This document shows, piece by piece, positions 60,732 to 64,000 of a stretch of DNA of 64,000 bases. Source of the DNA: Clostridia bacterium. GTDB taxonomy: Bacteria; Bacillota; Clostridia; Oscillospirales; CAG-272. Below the pieces are notes generated by a model. It did not search any database and was not told where the DNA came from. It saw only the letters and a program-made list of their open reading frames with translations. The translations under genes and the position numbers were made by a program. Location: assembly GCA_017467165.1 (NCBI GenBank), contig JAFTST010000051.1, forward strand, positions 11,952 to 75,951. Reading direction: 5' to 3'. The first letter of the stretch is position 1; each line of letters begins with the position of its first letter.

Positions 60732-63700
60732 TTAAACTCTCTCAACCGAGATTTTGACCTTCTCGCCGTTGATATTCCATTCCTTCTCGTTTTCGAGAAC
60801 GGTGTCAAGGAGAACCTCGTCGGCGAGCGTCTGCTCGCATATCTCGTCCTTGTTTCTTTCGACTATTCCGTCGATGACGCTGTTGCCCGAAAATGCGACA
60901 CGGATGCGGTCCATTACCTCAAAGCCCGAGTCCTTTCTCATCGTCTGAATCTTGGAGATAATCTCGCGCACGTTGCCTTCCTCGATAAGCTCGGGGGTGA
61001 GGCGCTTGTCGATAACCACGGTAACTCCCTTGTCGGAGAGCGACTCGAAGCCCTCCTTCTTGGTCATCTCGATAAGCAGGTCGTCGCGGGTGAGCTCTAT
61101 TTTGACTCCGCCAATATCAAGGGTGAGAAGTCCCGTCGCATCTATCTCGTCCATAGCGGTGTTGCCGTCAAGGGTGGAAAGGGCGTTTCTGATGCCGCCG
61201 AGATACTTACCGTACTTGGGACCCACGGTACGAAGCTGGGGCTTGAAGCTGTAGGTGGTGAATTCGCGCACGTTGTCGGTGAAGACCACCTCCTTGACGT
61301 TAAGCTCCTCGCGGATGATGGAAACGTAGCTCTCGTCCTGCGCCTTGTCTGCTCTGACGTACATCTTCGCTATGGGCTGACGGTTCTTGATAGCCGCGGC
61401 GTTTCTTGCCGCTCTGCCGAGAACGACGACGTCGACTACCTTCTTCATATTTTCCTCAAGGTCCTTGTCAACGAGCGACATATCCGCCTCGGGGAAGGAG
61501 CAAAGGTGCACCGAGATGGGCGCGCTCTTGTCGACCGAGCATACGAGATTTCTGTATATCTCCTCGGTCATGAAGGGAATCATAGGCGCGGATATCTTCG
61601 CGATGGTGACAAGAGAGGTGTAGAGGGTCATATATGCGTTGACCTTGTCGGTGGGCATATCCTTCACCCAGAAGCGCTCGCGACAGCGGCGCACGTACCA
61701 GTTGGATAGCTCGTCGACAAGATTTTCGAGTACTCTCGTTGCCTCGGTAATCCTATAAGCGTCGAGAAGCTCGTCAACCGACCTGACAGCAGAGTTCAGC
61801 TTGGAGAGAATCCATCTGTCCATTACCGACAGGCTGTCCTTGTCGAGAGTGTATTCTGTCGGGTTGAAGCCGTCGATATTGGCGTAGAGCACGTAGAACG
61901 CGTAGGTGTTCCAGAGCGTTCCCATGAACTTTCTCTGTCCCTCGACAACGGCGTCGCCGAAGAAGCGGTTGGGAAGCCAGGGAGCAGAGTTGGAGTAGAA
62001 GTACCAGCGGATAGCGTCAGCACCGTAGGTGGAGAGCGCCTCGAAGGGATCAATCGCGTTGCCCTTCGATTTGGACATCTTCTGTCCCTCCTTATCGAGC
62101 ACGTGGCCGAGAACGAGAACGTTCTTGTAGGGCGCGCAGTCGAAGATAAGGGTGGATATAGCCATCAGCGAGTAGAACCAGCCGCGCGTCTGGTCGACGC
62201 CCTCACTGATGAAATCTGCGGGGAACTGGCTGTGGAATAGCTCCTTGTTTTCAAAGGGGTAGTGCCACTGAGCGAAGGGCATCGAGCCAGAGTCAAACCA
62301 GCAGTCGATAACCTCGCTGACGCGCCTCATCTCGCCCTGACACTCGGGACAGCGGAGAGTGACCTCGTCTATGAAGGGACGGTGAAGCTCGATATTCTCG
62401 GGGCAGTTGTCCGACATTGAGCGGAGCTCCTCGATAGAGCCAACTGCGTGGCGGTGACCGCAGGAGCACTCCCAGATGTTGAGGGGAGTTCCCCAATATC
62501 TGTTTCTCGAGAGTCCCCAGTCCTGTACGTTTTCAAGCCAGTCGCCAAAGCGGCCCTTGCCTATATTTTCGGGAATCCAATTAACCGTGTTGTTGTTTCT
62601 GATAAGATTTTCGCGCACCTCGGTCATTCTGATAAACCAGGTGTCACGAGCGTAGTAGATAAGGGGCGTGTTGCATCTCCAGCAGTGCGGATACTCGTGC
62701 TCGAACTTGGGAGCGGAGAACAGCTTGCCTGCCTTGTCGAGGTCGGCTATGATGAGCGGGTCAGCGTCCTTGACGAAGATTCCCGCGTAGTCGGTAGCCT
62801 CGGTTAACTCACCCTTTCCGTCGACGAACTGCACGAAGGGCAGACCGTATTTCTTTCCGACCCTCGAGTCGTCCTCACCGAAGGCGGGAGCGATGTGTAC
62901 TATACCCGTACCGTCGGACATAGTGACGTAGCTGTCGCAGACGACGAAGTGAGCCTTCGCCTTCTGTCTTTCCGCTTCCTTGCCCGCGCACTCGAAAAGA
63001 GGCTCATACTCGCGGTACTCGAGCTCCTTGCCCTTCATTTCGGAAAGAATTTCATAGGCAGACTCGCCCTCCTTAGCCAATGGGGAGAGAACGGTGTCGA
63101 GAAGCTCCTTAGCCATATAGTAGACCCTGCCGTCGCAGCAAGCTACCTTGCAGTAGGTGTCCTCGGGGTTAACGCAGAGGGCGACGTTGGAGGGAAGTGT
63201 CCAGGGGGTAGTCGTCCAGGCGAGGAAATAAGCGTCCTCGTCCTTGCACCTGAAGCGCGCTACGGCAGAGCGCTCCTTGACGGTCTTGTAGCCCTGCGCT
63301 ACCTCGTGGCTGGAGAGGGGTGTGCCGCAGCGGGGGCAGTAGGGAACAATCTTGAAGCCTTTGTAGAGAAGGCCCTTGTCCCAGATTTTCTTCAGCGCCC
63401 ACCACTCGGACTCGATGAAATCGTTGGTGTAGGTGACGTAGGGGTGCTCCATATCAGCCCAGAAGCCGACGGTGCCCGAGAAGTCCTCCCACATTTCCTT
63501 GTATTTCCATACCGATTCCTTACAGTGTGCGATGAAGGGCTCGAGGCCGTACGCCTCTATCTGCTCCTTGCCGTCGATGCCGAGCTTTTTCTCGACCTCA
63601 AGCTCAACGGGCAGACCGTGTGTGTCCCAGCCCGCCTTTCTGAGAACCCTCTTTCCCTTCATGGTCTTGTAACGGGGAATCATATCCTTGATAACTCTGG

Positions 63701-63887
63701 TCAGGACGTGACCGATATGAGGCTTTCCGTTGGCGGTGGGCGGACCGTCGAAGAAGGTGTAGTTTTCGCAGCCCTCGCGGAGCTCGATGCTCTTCTCGAA
63801 GATCGCGTTCTCCTCCCAGAAGCGACGCTGACAGCGCTCGCGCTCGACGAAGTTAAGGTTCGGTTGTACCTTTTCGTAGATTTCCAT
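60732..63887 (-). CDS. ileS: Isoleucine--tRNA ligase (long, type 2-like form)
   Basis: The HIGH motif is in PPTANGKPHIGHVL and the KMSKS motif in GQKMSKSKGN. A CP1 editing insert is present. Length is 1051 aa. Confidence 0.96.
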   Translation of the reverse strand: MEIYEKVQPNLNFVERERCQRRFWEENAIFEKSIELREGCENYTFFDGPPTANGKPHIGHVLTRVIKDMIPRYKTMKGKRVLRKAGWDTHGLPVELEVEKKLGIDGKEQIEAYGLEPFIAHCKESVWKYKEMWEDFSGTVGFWADMEHPYVTYTNDFIESEWWALKKIWDKGLLYKGFKIVPYCPRCGTPLSSHEVAQGYKTVKERSAVARFRCKDEDAYFLAWTTTPWTLPSNVALCVNPEDTYCKVACCDGRVYYMAKELLDTVLSPLAKEGESAYEILSEMKGKELEYREYEPLFECAGKEAERQKAKAHFVVCDSYVTMSDGTGIVHIAPAFGEDDSRVGKKYGLPFVQFVDGKGELTEATDYAGIFVKDADPLIIADLDKAGKLFSAPKFEHEYPHCWRCNTPLIYYARDTWFIRMTEVRENLIRNNNTVNWIPENIGKGRFGDWLENVQDWGLSRNRYWGTPLNIWECSCGHRHAVGSIEELRSMSDNCPENIELHRPFIDEVTLRCPECQGEMRRVSEVIDCWFDSGSMPFAQWHYPFENKELFHSQFPADFISEGVDQTRGWFYSLMAISTLIFDCAPYKNVLVLGHVLDKEGQKMSKSKGNAIDPFEALSTYGADAIRWYFYSNSAPWLPNRFFGDAVVEGQRKFMGTLWNTYAFYVLYANIDGFNPTEYTLDKDSLSVMDRWILSKLNSAVRSVDELLDAYRITEATRVLENLVDELSNWYVRRCRERFWVKDMPTDKVNAYMTLYTSLVTIAKISAPMIPFMTEEIYRNLVCSVDKSAPISVHLCSFPEADMSLVDKDLEENMKKVVDVVVLGRAARNAAAIKNRQPIAKMYVRADKAQDESYVSIIREELNVKEVVFTDNVREFTTYSFKPQLRTVGPKYGKYLGGIRNALSTLDGNTAMDEIDATGLLTLDIGGVKIELTRDDLLIEMTKKEGFESLSDKGVTVVIDKRLTPELIEEGNVREIISKIQTMRKDSGFEVMDRIRVAFSGNSVIDGIVERNKDEICEQTLADEVLLDTVLENEKEWNINGEKVKISVERV

Positions 63888-64000
63888 TTTTCATTCCTCT
63901 ATTTTTAAATTATTTTCAATAAAAAAACCGTCCCCATACGGAAACGGAAAATAACCACCTATTTCACATATCTATCAATATGCGCCCGATAACGCGGGGC
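63888..64000 (-). promoter_or_regulatory. Probable T-box leader (3' part only; truncated by the window edge) with a terminator hairpin upstream of ileS
   Basis: The minus strand reads AAATAGGTGGTTATTTTCCGTTTCCGTATGGGGACGGTTTTTTT. AGGTGGT resembles the T-box core GGGTGGTACC. The CCGTTTCC / GGGGACGG hairpin plus U-tract lies about 35 nt before the ATG. Confidence 0.45.

Overview
This 64-kb window is the chromosomal replication-origin neighbourhood of a spore-forming Firmicute. It looks Clostridia-like at roughly 50% GC; that taxonomic call is inferred from gene content only. Coordinates 1-32 kb are mostly ordinary housekeeping genes. They include alaS, which carries an in-frame TGA; spoVAC-AD-AE; dnaA-dnaN-recF-remB-gyrB-gyrA; and RNase J. 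They also include a split parA/parB locus with two perfect parS sites in very AT-rich spacers, lacZ, birA, dpaAB and a U32 peptidase. A convergent ileS closes the window at 60.7-63.9 kb. The striking part is 32.2-60.7 kb. It is a single-strand, tightly packed 21-gene cluster bounded by a consensus sigma-A promoter and by terminators. It encodes an acidic Cys-repeat protein, which may be GrpE-like. It also encodes two lidless Hsp70 paralogs and an Hsp70-vWA fusion. Two roughly 1040-aa zinc-ribbon proteins and three zinc-ribbon TRAFAC-type GTPases follow; two of the GTPases are membrane-anchored. Then come small membrane proteins and an array of nine paralogous membrane-protein genes of two alternating types, three of them in translationally coupled A-B pairs. 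A transglutaminase-like protein ends the cluster. I do not recognise this as a characterised system. No rRNA, tRNA, CRISPR array or mobile element is visible.
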